IMG/VR virus record: IMGVR_UViG_3300029993_000005
Coordinates: 166,111 to 230,110 of that record
Length of the DNA: 64,000 bases
Direction: 5' to 3' (one strand)
Within the stretch, counting starts at the first letter, position 1. Each line of letters begins with the position of its first letter. Under the pieces are notes generated by a model. The model was not told where the DNA came from. It worked only from the letters and a program-made list of their open reading frames with translations, and searched no databases. The position numbers were made by a program, and so were the translations under genes. Shown here in pieces: positions 20,249 through 29,945 of the stretch.

Positions 20249-20414
20249 TCGACAACGTAGGGTTAACCGCCGAGCTGATCTAAGAAAACCTTATTGCTTT
20301 GTTCTTGAGCCAGAACACGATTTCTATGAAAGACTAGTGGCTGACTATATTGAACCCGACGAACCTATAGCTAAGGACAGACCGCTATTAAAAGGCGAGT
20401 TAGGAACGATCTAG
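20241..20414 (+). CDS. 57-aa hypothetical protein (not in the track)
   Basis: MNSRQRRVNRR...; overlaps the previous stop. Confidence 0.5.
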   Translation: MNSRQRRVNRRADLRKPYCFVLEPEHDFYERLVADYIEPDEPIAKDRPLLKGELGTI

Positions 20415-20458
20415 GTTATCAGGTTATCTATTAAACTAAATAAATATAGGTTTCAGCT

Positions 20459-21328
20459 ATGATTTATATGGGAAGTAAAGCGAGTTTCGGCAAAGAAATA
20501 ATGAGGACTATGCTGTCCAGCAGACCAGATGCTACAGTTTATGTAGAGCCATTTGCCGGTGGTATGAACATGATGAAATATGCTCCACCAACAATGAAAA
20601 GAATCGGGAATGACATTAATGAATTCCTGATTGCCATGTGGAGAGCATTGGATAAGGGCTGGACCCCACCTAAGTTCGTTAGTCGTGCACTCTAAGTAGA
20701 GTGCAAAGCTAATCACTATGCACGGTCAGCGGCCCTAACCAGCTACATTGGGTTTGGTTGTACTTTTGGTAGTGCATGGTTTAGTAGTTATTTAGACAAA
20801 GGTAAATTCAAAGACGGTAGTGTACGTAACTATCAAGCTGAGGCCTTAAAAAGTATACTCAAACAACTTCCGGCCCTAACGGATGTTGAGTTCTTAAACA
20901 AAAGTTACTCGGATTTGGAAATACCTGACGGTGCTTTAGTATATTGTGATCCCCCCTATGAAGGAACTGCAGGTTATAAAGATGCATTTGACAACTCCAA
21001 GTTCTGGACCTGGGTTAGAAAACTTTCATTAAGATGTACTGTCTTTGTCTCTGAATATAAGGCTCCACCAGATTTTAATTGTGTTTGGAGTAAAAATAGA
21101 AAAGTGACTCTGCATAATGCTTCTAACAAAATATCCAAACAAAGAGTAGAAAAACTATTTGTCTGGAGCGGAGCATCAATCAGAAAAGAGGAGAATGCTA
21201 TTTTGATTCTGTGGACTGAACCCTTAGTTGAGACTAAAGCTTTCTTAATTGAGCCTAAGTCCGATAAGCAACGTCAGAAACTTTTATCTTTGAATAATCG
21301 ATTCGTCAATGACTCAAATCTAGATTAA
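20459..21328 (+). pseudogene. Dam-like (D12-class) adenine methyltransferase interrupted by in-frame TAA at 20693-20695
   Basis: YMGSK, YVEPFAGG and GNDIN precede the stop; the same frame continues with no other stop (..IGFGCTFGSAWF..RNYQ..) into YCDPPY and VFVSEY. Confidence 0.85.
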
Positions 21329-21495
21329 AAGCATCTGGTCTACCAGTTGAATGAAAGAGTTCAAGATCAAGATCCAACACTGAATAAATACAGGGTTGAT
21401 TATCCCTTGGCTTTAAACCAACCATTAACTGTTGTCCATTGTGGAATTATTGACTAGCAGTAAATAAGAGTAGAGCAACATAAAAGGATTAAGGT

Positions 21496-22854
21496 ATGGC
21501 CCGATTAGTTAGCCTGAAAGCAGAGTTAGCAGTGCTTAGAGGTATGTGTAGCAAGAATAAAAAGATAGCGGGGGCCCTACTCTCAAATACAGACGAATCA
21601 TATTTTTACTCAGAAGAAAGTGTAGAACTCTACCAGGCAATCAAGCGGCATATGCATGAATCGGGGACAGCCCCCAGCTACAGACTGCTTATTGAAGACC
21701 CGGAAATCAGTGAAGACGCAAGATCCCACATGCGGGATAGCCAGGCATCAGTGCTAACTGTTGAAGACGCTGATAAAGCTGCACGCATCCTCAACCGTTA
21801 TCGTCAGACACGTGGACTCTTCAACTTAGCCTCCCACATCAATGATGCGATGAAGGGTTCCCGTCTCAATATTGATAACCTGTTAGAGGACTCGGCAACG
21901 GCCATCAATATTGTACGGAGCAAGAAGTCTAATAACGATGCTTTCACCCATTTCGGGCGCAACAACAACTCGAAAGAACTGGTTCATGATATTCTGTACG
22001 GCGATAACTCAGAGGACTTAATACCGTCTGGCATTGAAGCCTTTGACGAAGTGAACGGAGGATTTGCCAGAGGCTCTTTAGTTACTGCTGGTGCCAACTC
22101 AGGTGGGGGTAAATCAGTTTTAGCCGGTGCCATGGGTCTGAAGATGGCGGCTTTAGGCTACAAGGTATTGTTCGTTCCCTTGGAAATGTCTGAGAAAGAA
22201 ATGACTCAGCGTATCTTGGCAAACGTAACAAAGACCAATCTAACAAAGATCATTAGACAGCAGTTAGCAACAGGTGAACGAGATTTAGTATTCAAGCGTC
22301 AACGACGTTGGGAACGTAGAGTCAAAGAAGCTGGTGGTCGATTCACTATATTTAAGCCTCGTGAGGACATGAATATTGAGGAGATCATGGCTGCAACCGC
22401 TGCCTACCAGTGTGATGTGATGATCATTGATTATATTTCACTTTTGAAAGGTGTAGACGGTGACGATCAGTGGCGGGCCTTAGGGTCAGTTGCTCGTTAT
22501 GCTAAGATCAATGCCGAAATAGAAGGTCGCGTAAATATTTTATTGTGTCAAGTTAGCGATGATGGCAAGATCCGTTATGCGCGAGCCATAAGCGAGCACA
22601 GCAGCAATTCTTTAATTTGGATTAATTCAAAAGAACAAAAAGAATCGGGCATTACCCGTATTGAACAACCTAAGTCCCGTAATTCTATGGCCTTTCCTTT
22701 CTCTGTCAAGTTCGTATGGGACCAGATGAGAATTGAAAGGGCACCTACAGACGAAAGTTTGGGTGCAGTTGAGCATCCGCCAGGATCAGATGCCGAGGAC
22801 CCCAAAAAGGCCCCAAAAAGGCGGAAAATGCCCAACCTTGCCACTGATACATGA
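21496..22854 (+). CDS. dnaB: DnaB-like replicative helicase
   Basis: IPSGIEAFDEVNGG, GANSGGGKS, LEMS, IIDYISL, LLCQ, KSRN. Confidence 0.9.
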   Translation: MARLVSLKAELAVLRGMCSKNKKIAGALLSNTDESYFYSEESVELYQAIKRHMHESGTAPSYRLLIEDPEISEDARSHMRDSQASVLTVEDADKAARILNRYRQTRGLFNLASHINDAMKGSRLNIDNLLEDSATAINIVRSKKSNNDAFTHFGRNNNSKELVHDILYGDNSEDLIPSGIEAFDEVNGGFARGSLVTAGANSGGGKSVLAGAMGLKMAALGYKVLFVPLEMSEKEMTQRILANVTKTNLTKIIRQQLATGERDLVFKRQRRWERRVKEAGGRFTIFKPREDMNIEEIMAATAAYQCDVMIIDYISLLKGVDGDDQWRALGSVARYAKINAEIEGRVNILLCQVSDDGKIRYARAISEHSSNSLIWINSKEQKESGITRIEQPKSRNSMAFPFSVKFVWDQMRIERAPTDESLGAVEHPPGSDAEDPKKAPKRRKMPNLATDT

Positions 22855-22953
22855 TCCTCAATTTAGGGTCGCCACGGGCCTCAAAAGGGCCTTAAAACAG
22901 CACGTGGCGTGGCAAGGCACTGCATGTTTCATGCTCCAATTTAGAGAAAAACA

Positions 22954-23196
22954 ATGACAAACGTTATTAATTTTTGTAGGCCAGTCATTAGTCCCAAACC
23001 TAAGGTAGAATTCAGCAAGTGGAACGGTGGGCCCGGGCCCTGCCCTGTTTCCAAAGACCAAGTTGTGCGGGTAGTCCTACGCAACGGAAAAATTATGACT
23101 ATCAGCGCATGTGCTTTAACTTGGGAACATCGGGGCTTACCTTCCGATATAGTAGGATGGTCCGTAAGTCTAGAGCTGGATGCGTCTAAATACTAA
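22954..23196 (+). CDS. Small phage hypothetical protein
   Basis: WNGG..CPV..V.LRNG..WEH..SDIVGW pattern typical of small phage proteins. Confidence 0.7.
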   Translation: MTNVINFCRPVISPKPKVEFSKWNGGPGPCPVSKDQVVRVVLRNGKIMTISACALTWEHRGLPSDIVGWSVSLELDASKY

Positions 23197-23213
23197 GTTT
23201 AAAAATCAGGAAT

Positions 23214-23561
23214 TTGGTTATGCCAAAAATTAAGACTTATGTTCAAACTAAAGTTCATGTCGAAATAGACGTTGAATTTCCGTTTTACCGCAAAATTCGT
23301 GATGTCCACCATTCGGATTACTACAACGAAGATACCTATGTAAAGATCGAGGAGACTAGAACAATAACCTTGGTTTTCCGAACGGGTTGCGGCTATCCTG
23401 GAGACTATGAAAAGACTTCAATTCTAGTTGGGGCTACTAGTCTTGAGAACTATGGGATAGCTTATCTGAAAGGTACTGCGGATAACATGCTTACTGCGTC
23501 CGAGTTTAAGGCTAAATTAGCTGAAGCTTTGTCAGACATATCCCTAGCCGACCTAGACTGA
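23214..23561 (+). CDS. Hypothetical protein
   Basis: ORF in operon; ATG alternative at 23220. Confidence 0.6.
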   Translation: MVMPKIKTYVQTKVHVEIDVEFPFYRKIRDVHHSDYYNEDTYVKIEETRTITLVFRTGCGYPGDYEKTSILVGATSLENYGIAYLKGTADNMLTASEFKAKLAEALSDISLADLD

Positions 23562-23656
23562 ACAGATTAAGATTAGAAATGACCAACGTTATCAATTTTT
23601 GTATGTCAAGGCCCCCGACCATATACAAACATTAAAAGCGTGCGTGCTCTAAATAA

Positions 23657-23692
23657 AAAAGGGACTACACAATCAAATGTGTAGTCCCTTTT
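23657..23692. terminator. Bidirectional intrinsic terminator between the convergent + and - blocks
   Basis: AAAAGGGACTACACA-ATCAAA-TGTGTAGTCCCTTTT. Confidence 0.85.
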
Positions 23693-23708
23693 CTTTTAGT
23701 CTCTCAGT

Positions 23709-24470
23709 TTATGTGCTACGCTCTACGGTCCAAAAACTATCTGATAACGTTGGGTCTAGTACAAAGGCAAAGGGAAGCCAGAAATAGCCGTCTAGTCCCC
23801 ATTTAATGCCCCAACTATTGCGGACCAGAAACATACGGGTATTTAAATCGTAGCCCACCATTAATACAGCGTGACCGCCTAAGCATTTTTCTTTTGTATT
23901 ATCGGGCATAGGTACTATCCCCGTCTTTGCTACAACTTCGTTCTCAAACGATTCGTAGACAACGATACCGAACACAATAGGACGACCTTCACTTAAGAAA
24001 TGAAGAATCGTATTTTCGTGCTGGCTAATCTTTGTACATTTTAGGGCTCTACGTTTTAATCCATCAATATAGGCATCAGCTGAGGGTTTAGCCTTAAAAT
24101 GATGAACGTTATAGGGCCAGACGGCCTCTTCACATACGCCGTAAGTCTTGAGTGCTTGTATGCCATCAGCGATCTGGGCCCCAGCGTCTTGTCTGGTTGT
24201 CCCCTCAATTAATCGTTCGTTGTAATAAACAAAGTTGCGACTTAACCGGGTGAACTTCTGATGCTGAACCAGTTCTAAGTGCTCCATTGCACCAATGAAT
24301 GCGTGACCCGTACACGAGCCCTCCGATTCTTGATTCTCTACCGGACTACACTTAGGACGTAGATCAACTGTTCGCGGAACATCCACAGGATTAGCAACAG
24401 CGAATACTGGAGTCCTTGAGTCATAACTATCTCTCACTCTGCTATATTCTCTACTCATCGTTAGCCCCAT
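23709..24470 (-). CDS. Papain-family (C1A) cysteine peptidase
   Basis: VDLR, NQ..GSCTG, GGHAVLMVGYD, RNSWG..WG..GYF; catalytic Q/C/H/N all present. Confidence 0.92.
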   Translation of the reverse strand: MGLTMSREYSRVRDSYDSRTPVFAVANPVDVPRTVDLRPKCSPVENQESEGSCTGHAFIGAMEHLELVQHQKFTRLSRNFVYYNERLIEGTTRQDAGAQIADGIQALKTYGVCEEAVWPYNVHHFKAKPSADAYIDGLKRRALKCTKISQHENTILHFLSEGRPIVFGIVVYESFENEVVAKTGIVPMPDNTKEKCLGGHAVLMVGYDLNTRMFLVRNSWGIKWGLDGYFWLPFAFVLDPTLSDSFWTVERST

Positions 24471-24484
24471 AAATAATAATGAAC

Positions 24485-24522
24485 AAAAGAAAAGGGCTAC
24501 ACCTAGTGAAAGATGCAGCCCT
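24485..24522 (-). terminator. Intrinsic terminator
   Basis: 12-bp stem with G.U pairs (AGGGCUGCAUCU/AGGUGUAGCCCU) followed by UUUCUUUU. Confidence 0.75.
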
Positions 24523-24550
24523 ATAGTTAAGCTTTTGGTCTAAAACTGGT

Positions 24551-25309
24551 TCAAGCAGTAGTGCCTTCATTTACCTGAGAAATTACGTCGCTCAAATAAG
24601 CAGGATCGTAAGAATACAACTGCTTCCAATATTCTATAGCCTTTGCCTTGTCAGCACGACTAATACCAGCCTTCACCATCTTTTCGTTAAACGACTTCAT
24701 GACCGGAACCTGAGCAATCGAGGTCACCAGATCATAGCTAACTGTAGTCGCCAGATTAGTAGTTGAGGATACAACCTGTACCTTTTCACTATTGGCCTGG
24801 ACAGCAAACCCATAGTCCATGTCCCCGCTTTTAGCCACAAACGAAACGAATTCACCCGGTGCTGCTGAGGCCATAGACAACTGAGCTAGGCGTGGTACAT
24901 CGGGGCGACGGCTGACCGTGGCTTCAACCAGTTCCGACAGATCTTCATGACCGTGACGTGCCAGATATTTGCCACTCTTACCTTCACGTACTTCCCACAG
25001 TGACTTGTCTTTATTATCCATCATGATATTCGAGCTCATGACACGATAACTAGCCCGTACTTCTTTTTCATTCAAGACTCGCACTTCTTTGTGAGCACGA
25101 ATAAAACCAACAGCTACACCAGCCTTAATAATACGGAAACTGTCTTCAACGATAGCTGCTAAATGACTAAACTTGGATCCAACTGATGCACGAATGCTGT
25201 CTTTAGTTTGCTGACCCGTAAACGAGACAATAACCTTGGCTAGGGTTGGAGTTTTCATCTCGAAATCGGTAACAGCTACGGTAGACGTTTGAATATAATC
25301 GTTGTTCAT
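24551..25309 (-). CDS. Probable virion structural protein
   Basis: In the morphogenesis block, with upstream AATTTAAT motif and its own terminator. Confidence 0.6.
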   Translation of the reverse strand: MNNDYIQTSTVAVTDFEMKTPTLAKVIVSFTGQQTKDSIRASVGSKFSHLAAIVEDSFRIIKAGVAVGFIRAHKEVRVLNEKEVRASYRVMSSNIMMDNKDKSLWEVREGKSGKYLARHGHEDLSELVEATVSRRPDVPRLAQLSMASAAPGEFVSFVAKSGDMDYGFAVQANSEKVQVVSSTTNLATTVSYDLVTSIAQVPVMKSFNEKMVKAGISRADKAKAIEYWKQLYSYDPAYLSDVISQVNEGTTA

Positions 25310-25388
25310 TTTTAATCCTTATTGCGAAAGGGAGAGTACAGATTGTGAACCTCTAAGGGTTATCATTAAATTGTGGAACGTAGAACTA

Positions 25389-25745
25389 CTATTTAGCGTT
25401 GATAATGCCAACCAATTTGTAGTAGCCATTGGTGTTACAGATAAACTGCAGATTTTTAATTTTTGACAGGTCCTTCATCAAATTATGGATTTCTAAGATT
25501 CCGCTAGGGTCCCAAGACGTACCTCTGAGGCCCGGAATACTGCTTTTACTAGCCTTCAAATAGATCGATATGACATTATCCGCTTCTTCACCATAACTAA
25601 CTCCATCAATAATATGGTGCTTGGAGAATTCATGTTTCAAAAGTTCAGCAATTTCTGGATTTGAGGCCTCAAGTTGTGCAAAACCTGGATCGCGACTAAT
25701 ATCTGTTGCCACTAATCTTTGTGCTGCATTAACTTTGATGTTCAT
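25389..25745 (-). CDS. Hypothetical protein with AAxRL leader
   Basis: MNIKVNAAQRLVA. Confidence 0.7.
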   Translation of the reverse strand: MNIKVNAAQRLVATDISRDPGFAQLEASNPEIAELLKHEFSKHHIIDGVSYGEEADNVISIYLKASKSSIPGLRGTSWDPSGILEIHNLMKDLSKIKNLQFICNTNGYYKLVGIINAK

Positions 25746-27067
25746 TTGCTATCCTTTGATTGTTGATCAAGTTCCTCTTGTGCTTTGGTCCACGCAGCGT
25801 CAGGTATATCACCTGACTCAACGTAGTCAGCAATTGCATCAATCACTTTACCTACAAGTTCGTCGTCCAGTTTATCGCTAGTTTCGGCTGTAATCAGTCT
25901 TGAAGCAATGCTTAAGGTTAGTGAACTATGGACACCATGTCGACTATTTTTGGTGCCTGGTCCACCTTGACGTTGACGGCGGTCTATTTCTTCGTCGCTT
26001 AATGTATCATATTCGTGTTTGGATAGCGGTACCCAATCGCCGTTTTTCCAATATCCATATTTATTTGCTTCAGCTTCTTCATCTGACCACCCTTTCTTTC
26101 TAGGCTTATCGTTTCCTAGTTTCTTAATGCTCGATCCAGCACCGACCACACCTTTCTTTACCAGACTATATATTGCCGGTGCACCCAAGTGCTTAACAGC
26201 CATGAAAGCTACTAGTCCAACACCACCTGAGGCACCCAGTACACCAGCCATAGCTGCACTGCCTAGGATATTACCGACCATTGATGCAATCTTCTTTACA
26301 TCGCCTTCCTGCGTCTTACCATTCAATAGTCTGTGAGTTGCACCAATACCCGATAGTAGGCCTCCACCGTCCCTTATAATGCCTCTAATCAACCCTTTCT
26401 TCTTAGCCTCAGCTTTAACCTTGGAAGCTGCGGTTTTGCGTTGTGGACTACTTGGTTTCTTATCCTCTGGTGTTATTTTGGGTTTACTGCTTTTAGTAGG
26501 TGCTTTAACCGGCACCTTAGACTGGGGTTTTGGTTCAGGACTATCCACTCCTGACTTGTCCTTAGCTTCAGGTTTCCCTTTAGCTTTAGGTTCAGGAGCA
26601 GAATTGGGTTCAGGTTTCAACAAATCTTTCTTATTCTGCTCAAATTTCTCTTGTTCGGTTTTGGGTGCGGGTGTGGCTGCGGGTTTCTGCTTCTGAGTTT
26701 CGCTTATTGATTTAGGCAACGTCTTCTGATCCCTGGTCACGGTCACCGGCTGATTACGATCAGTGGGTCTAGATTTGGGTTTATTGTCCTCAGATTTTAT
26801 GTCATCCGCGTACTTGGAACCCGGATGTTCCTCAACGTAGTCTTCTTGTTCTGGTTTTGAGAGCTTATCAAACCATTCTTCATTGAGTTTGTATTCTTTG
26901 TCGGGTTGAGGGTTATTGACCTTATAGAATTTATTAGGCTGATTCTTTTTGACTGGCTTTTTAGTCTCTAACGGCTGAGGTCTAGTGCTCTGCATTTGAG
27001 CCTGCCCCGTAGGTGCTGCACTAATAGTTTGGGTGCTCAATAATCGAAAAGCAGCGTTGAGTTTCAT
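25742..27067 (-). CDS. Lys/Pro-rich probable internal virion protein with a Gly-rich hydrophobic segment
   Basis: MKLNAAFRL leader; WFDKLSKPEQEDYVEEHPGSKYA; GNILGSAAMAGVLGASGGVGLVAFMAV. Confidence 0.65.
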   Translation of the reverse strand: MKLNAAFRLLSTQTISAAPTGQAQMQSTRPQPLETKKPVKKNQPNKFYKVNNPQPDKEYKLNEEWFDKLSKPEQEDYVEEHPGSKYADDIKSEDNKPKSRPTDRNQPVTVTRDQKTLPKSISETQKQKPAATPAPKTEQEKFEQNKKDLLKPEPNSAPEPKAKGKPEAKDKSGVDSPEPKPQSKVPVKAPTKSSKPKITPEDKKPSSPQRKTAASKVKAEAKKKGLIRGIIRDGGGLLSGIGATHRLLNGKTQEGDVKKIASMVGNILGSAAMAGVLGASGGVGLVAFMAVKHLGAPAIYSLVKKGVVGAGSSIKKLGNDKPRKKGWSDEEAEANKYGYWKNGDWVPLSKHEYDTLSDEEIDRRQRQGGPGTKNSRHGVHSSLTLSIASRLITAETSDKLDDELVGKVIDAIADYVESGDIPDAAWTKAQEELDQQSKDSK

Positions 27068-27112
27068 TGTTGTTCCTGATCATAATTTGGTCCATAACTA
27101 TTCGGCGCATAA

Positions 27113-27985
27113 TCAAATTTGTAGATAGCTAAGAGACTTCGAAAAGTACATTAATTCTTTACCTTTTCTTAAGCTTGCATGCGCACTATACGCAAGGTCA
27201 ATTTCATGCCCCGCCCCCGCACTGGCCTTATAGCATTCTTTTATCAAGGGGTGACTGTCATAGGACATAATCCAAGGAAGCTTTAATTTCTTCTGTACCC
27301 ACGTAGCGAGTCTTCTATGGTCAGCCTCTTTATACGCATCTGTGTATAGACCCGGACCTTTCTCAACGTAAGGAGGGTCTAGATATACTAATGAATTCTT
27401 TGGTACTTGTGACTGTATACCAGACATAAAGTCCAAGGCATCTAAATTATAGATACCTATACGGGACTTGAGTTTCCCAATAGTCTGAATTCGTTTTATG
27501 AGTCCATCTTTGTTGTAACGAGCATCTAATTTATATGTTCCAGCCTGTTGTTTTCCGCCGATAACACCAGCCTTTAGGATCCCAGATCTGTTCACCCTAT
27601 TAAGAAAGAATGTAGCAAAACCTAGGTTTAGAAGAGGGGCTTTATTTCTGTTCAACCAAGTCTCACGTTGAAGATACCAAGTGTCCATGGTGCAAGGCAC
27701 TGTTTCGATAAGAGAGCACAAAGCATCTGGTTTACGAATACAGCTATACCAAAATGCATAAATCGCTCTATCGTAGTCGTTGAGATGAATCGCGCTAACT
27801 GAATCAGTCAGCAATAAGCCTAGTGCTAATCCGGCTCCGCCACAGAAAGGTTCTATGTAGTGCCCGCTCTTTAACTTATTGTTGGCTATTAGTTTTTGAA
27901 AATACGGGAGTAGTTGAGACTTCCCACCGGGGTATCTTAAAGGTGTGTAATTAGTAATTTTCTTTCCTAGATTAGTCCACAACAT
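27113..27985 (-). CDS. Intact Dam-like (D12-class) DNA adenine methyltransferase
   Basis: TPLRYPGGKS, YIEPFCGGAG, LNDYD, YLDPPY; ATG 27985 preferred over GTG 28015. Confidence 0.92.
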   Translation of the reverse strand: MLWTNLGKKITNYTPLRYPGGKSQLLPYFQKLIANNKLKSGHYIEPFCGGAGLALGLLLTDSVSAIHLNDYDRAIYAFWYSCIRKPDALCSLIETVPCTMDTWYLQRETWLNRNKAPLLNLGFATFFLNRVNRSGILKAGVIGGKQQAGTYKLDARYNKDGLIKRIQTIGKLKSRIGIYNLDALDFMSGIQSQVPKNSLVYLDPPYVEKGPGLYTDAYKEADHRRLATWVQKKLKLPWIMSYDSHPLIKECYKASAGAGHEIDLAYSAHASLRKGKELMYFSKSLSYLQI

Positions 27986-28066
27986 AGTTGGTTTACTGCA
28001 TTCAAGTCGAAGCACTGAGCACTAAACTATATTTACTATGTTGTGGAATAAGTCTAACAAAACATT

Positions 28067-28573
28067 TTACACATCTTGAACGTAATCGAAGCTCCAACCG
28101 ATCTGTAGTGTAATCAGATTAGAGGCTCCACCGTCAAGCTCCACCTCGTTCACGGTCTCCGGCCACATACCGTAAACGTTAATAGTTCTACTAACTTGGG
28201 GTAAATCGTTATATACGACTATCTGACCATTTACGCCATATGAAGACTTAAAAGTACCGCTATTATTAAGCCATGAACGGGCGCTTTCAGACCAAGCATA
28301 AAACTGAGCACGTGTACTCCAGTCAGAGGCTTCCATGAAAGTTGAATTAAAACTTCCCGTGTAAGTCTTCATGCCCGCATAGTTAAGTTTTGTTCCGTGC
28401 AAAGGAACTACAACTTTATCCATTGCAAAGCCAGGAAGGCCAGTGGTCATACATTTCCAGGTTAAGGCCTGTGTAGAACTAGAGCCTGGAATAGCTGGTA
28501 AAAAAAGATCAAAATTCCAAGACTGAGCTGGGTCGGCAACCGCTTGTACATCTGCTAAACTCGAACGTCCCAT
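28067..28573 (-). CDS. Tail tube protein (T4 gp19-like)
   Basis: 168 aa; W.F.L..P, C....LPG, NYAG..TY.G.F..TF.E, GMWP.TV; near the sheath gene. Confidence 0.8.
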   Translation of the reverse strand: MGRSSLADVQAVADPAQSWNFDLFLPAIPGSSSTQALTWKCMTTGLPGFAMDKVVVPLHGTKLNYAGMKTYTGSFNSTFMEASDWSTRAQFYAWSESARSWLNNSGTFKSSYGVNGQIVVYNDLPQVSRTINVYGMWPETVNEVELDGGASNLITLQIGWSFDYVQDV

Positions 28574-28599
28574 AATACACCTCTAGGTTTAATGATTAA

Positions 28600-28637
28600 T
28601 GACTAGTGACTAGTGACTAGTGACTAGTGACTAGTGA
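28600..28637. repeat. Tandem heptamer (TGACTAG)x5 plus TGA
   Basis: Read directly; intergenic, 27 nt upstream of the tail tube ATG. Confidence 0.95.
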
Positions 28638-28673
28638 TTGATGATTAAAATAACAATAGGTTGATCAATCAAA

Positions 28674-29078
28674 TCAACCCAAAATTTGAATAACTGGATC
28701 CCAACCCTCTCTTAATTCTCGGACTCTGATCAAGCAGTCTTTACCTTTAAATAGATAAGAATTAGGTGGCTCCCCATGGGGTATAGGCTGGGCCTTGAAA
28801 TCAAGCATTTGAACGGCCTTTAAAAGCTTCGCGAAATCGCAGTGACAACCTAAGCTAAAGTCCGCTTGGTTCAGGTGCACTCTTAGACCATGCATTTTCA
28901 ATAACTGATTTAAGGCTATTGCTTTAACTCCACGGGTGCCTATGTCCGCTACATGCTGTGGATTCTGGCCCTTGAGCTGGTACTTAGGTTCTTCATGATA
29001 AGTAGCTAGTAATCGATGCCAGGCCTTAGACTTGATAACGACGCCTAGTCGTGGATTAACTGGAATTAAATTTTCCAT
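28674..29078 (-). CDS. Hypothetical protein
   Basis: ATG 29078 (MENLIPV) follows the upstream stop. Confidence 0.6.
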   Translation of the reverse strand: MENLIPVNPRLGVVIKSKAWHRLLATYHEEPKYQLKGQNPQHVADIGTRGVKAIALNQLLKMHGLRVHLNQADFSLGCHCDFAKLLKAVQMLDFKAQPIPHGEPPNSYLFKGKDCLIRVRELREGWDPVIQILG

Positions 29079-29085
29079 AAGTGTC

Positions 29086-29859
29086 TCAGCCCAATGGTTG
29101 TTGACCCATGTTAAAGAGTCGAGGATCAGCATCACTTAAGACCTCGTGTTCTAAGACCTGCTCTCTAGTCATATTGGCTTCTTGATCCTCGTTCAAAACA
29201 CCGGGCAACGATTCGTACATAAAGCCATCTGATTTAGAAGTCGATGGCGGACCGGCCTCTAATTGTTTTTGACCTTTCTTTTGCTTAGCATAGCTTTGGT
29301 TATCACCTTCTTCGCCAATCATTTGATAGCCGTCAAATAAGCCTGGCATCCCATCTGTATCCACAGTCGAATTAGCAATCCTAGGTTTAACTTTAGATTT
29401 AACTTTAGATTTAAGTTTAAGTTCGGCCCTAGCTACTGGACGCTGCTTAGTATTAGGTCTACGCGTGGACTCTTCTAGTGCAGCGTTCTCCATGTCCATT
29501 GTTAGGGGGTCGTCCTCAGCACCGGATTCAATACGAAACAAACGTAATGCAGCCTTAATCTTAAGATAGGCCTGGGCGTGGGCGTACTGAGCATCAGTTT
29601 GTTGGGTCGTCGGATTCTTGCTCACTGGTGTAGAACTAGCTGTAGTGTCCGTGCCCGTGTCTTTAACTGCTGTTTTATCCATAGCTGATTTAGGGCTAGT
29701 GCTAGTGCTTTCTTTGTTCTCAGTCGTTTCCCTGGTATCTTGCTGATGCTCTAACTGCTTTTCGTTCTGGGACTTGAAATCTGTAGCTGGTGCTATTACG
29801 TCTGAATTCGACTCAGCAACTAGTCTGAATGCTGCCCTTACCTCGGTTTTAATTTGCAT
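29086..29859 (-). CDS. Low-complexity protein with two AAxRL motifs
   Basis: EVRAAFRLVA near the N-terminus; KIKAALRLF internally. Confidence 0.7.
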   Translation of the reverse strand: MQIKTEVRAAFRLVAESNSDVIAPATDFKSQNEKQLEHQQDTRETTENKESTSTSPKSAMDKTAVKDTGTDTTASSTPVSKNPTTQQTDAQYAHAQAYLKIKAALRLFRIESGAEDDPLTMDMENAALEESTRRPNTKQRPVARAELKLKSKVKSKVKPRIANSTVDTDGMPGLFDGYQMIGEEGDNQSYAKQKKGQKQLEAGPPSTSKSDGFMYESLPGVLNEDQEANMTREQVLEHEVLSDADPRLFNMGQQPLG

Positions 29860-29945
29860 CTTAACCGCCTGTATGTTTACGTGCTTAGTGTTTGTACTGT
29901 GGTGTGTTATAGTAAATAGAGGGTATAACGAACGTCAGGGCCATC

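Noticed and set aside
20693-21328. Genome-wide TAA reassignment
   Set aside because: Many intact genes end in TAA with tight TAATG coupling to the next gene (e.g. 32732 and 33097), so TAA is a normal stop.
8208-22854. Bacterial-type replisome parts (DnaX, beta-clamp, DnaB) as evidence of host DNA or novelty
   Set aside because: They are divergent, interleaved with phage genes, and this replisome type is already known in jumbo phages.
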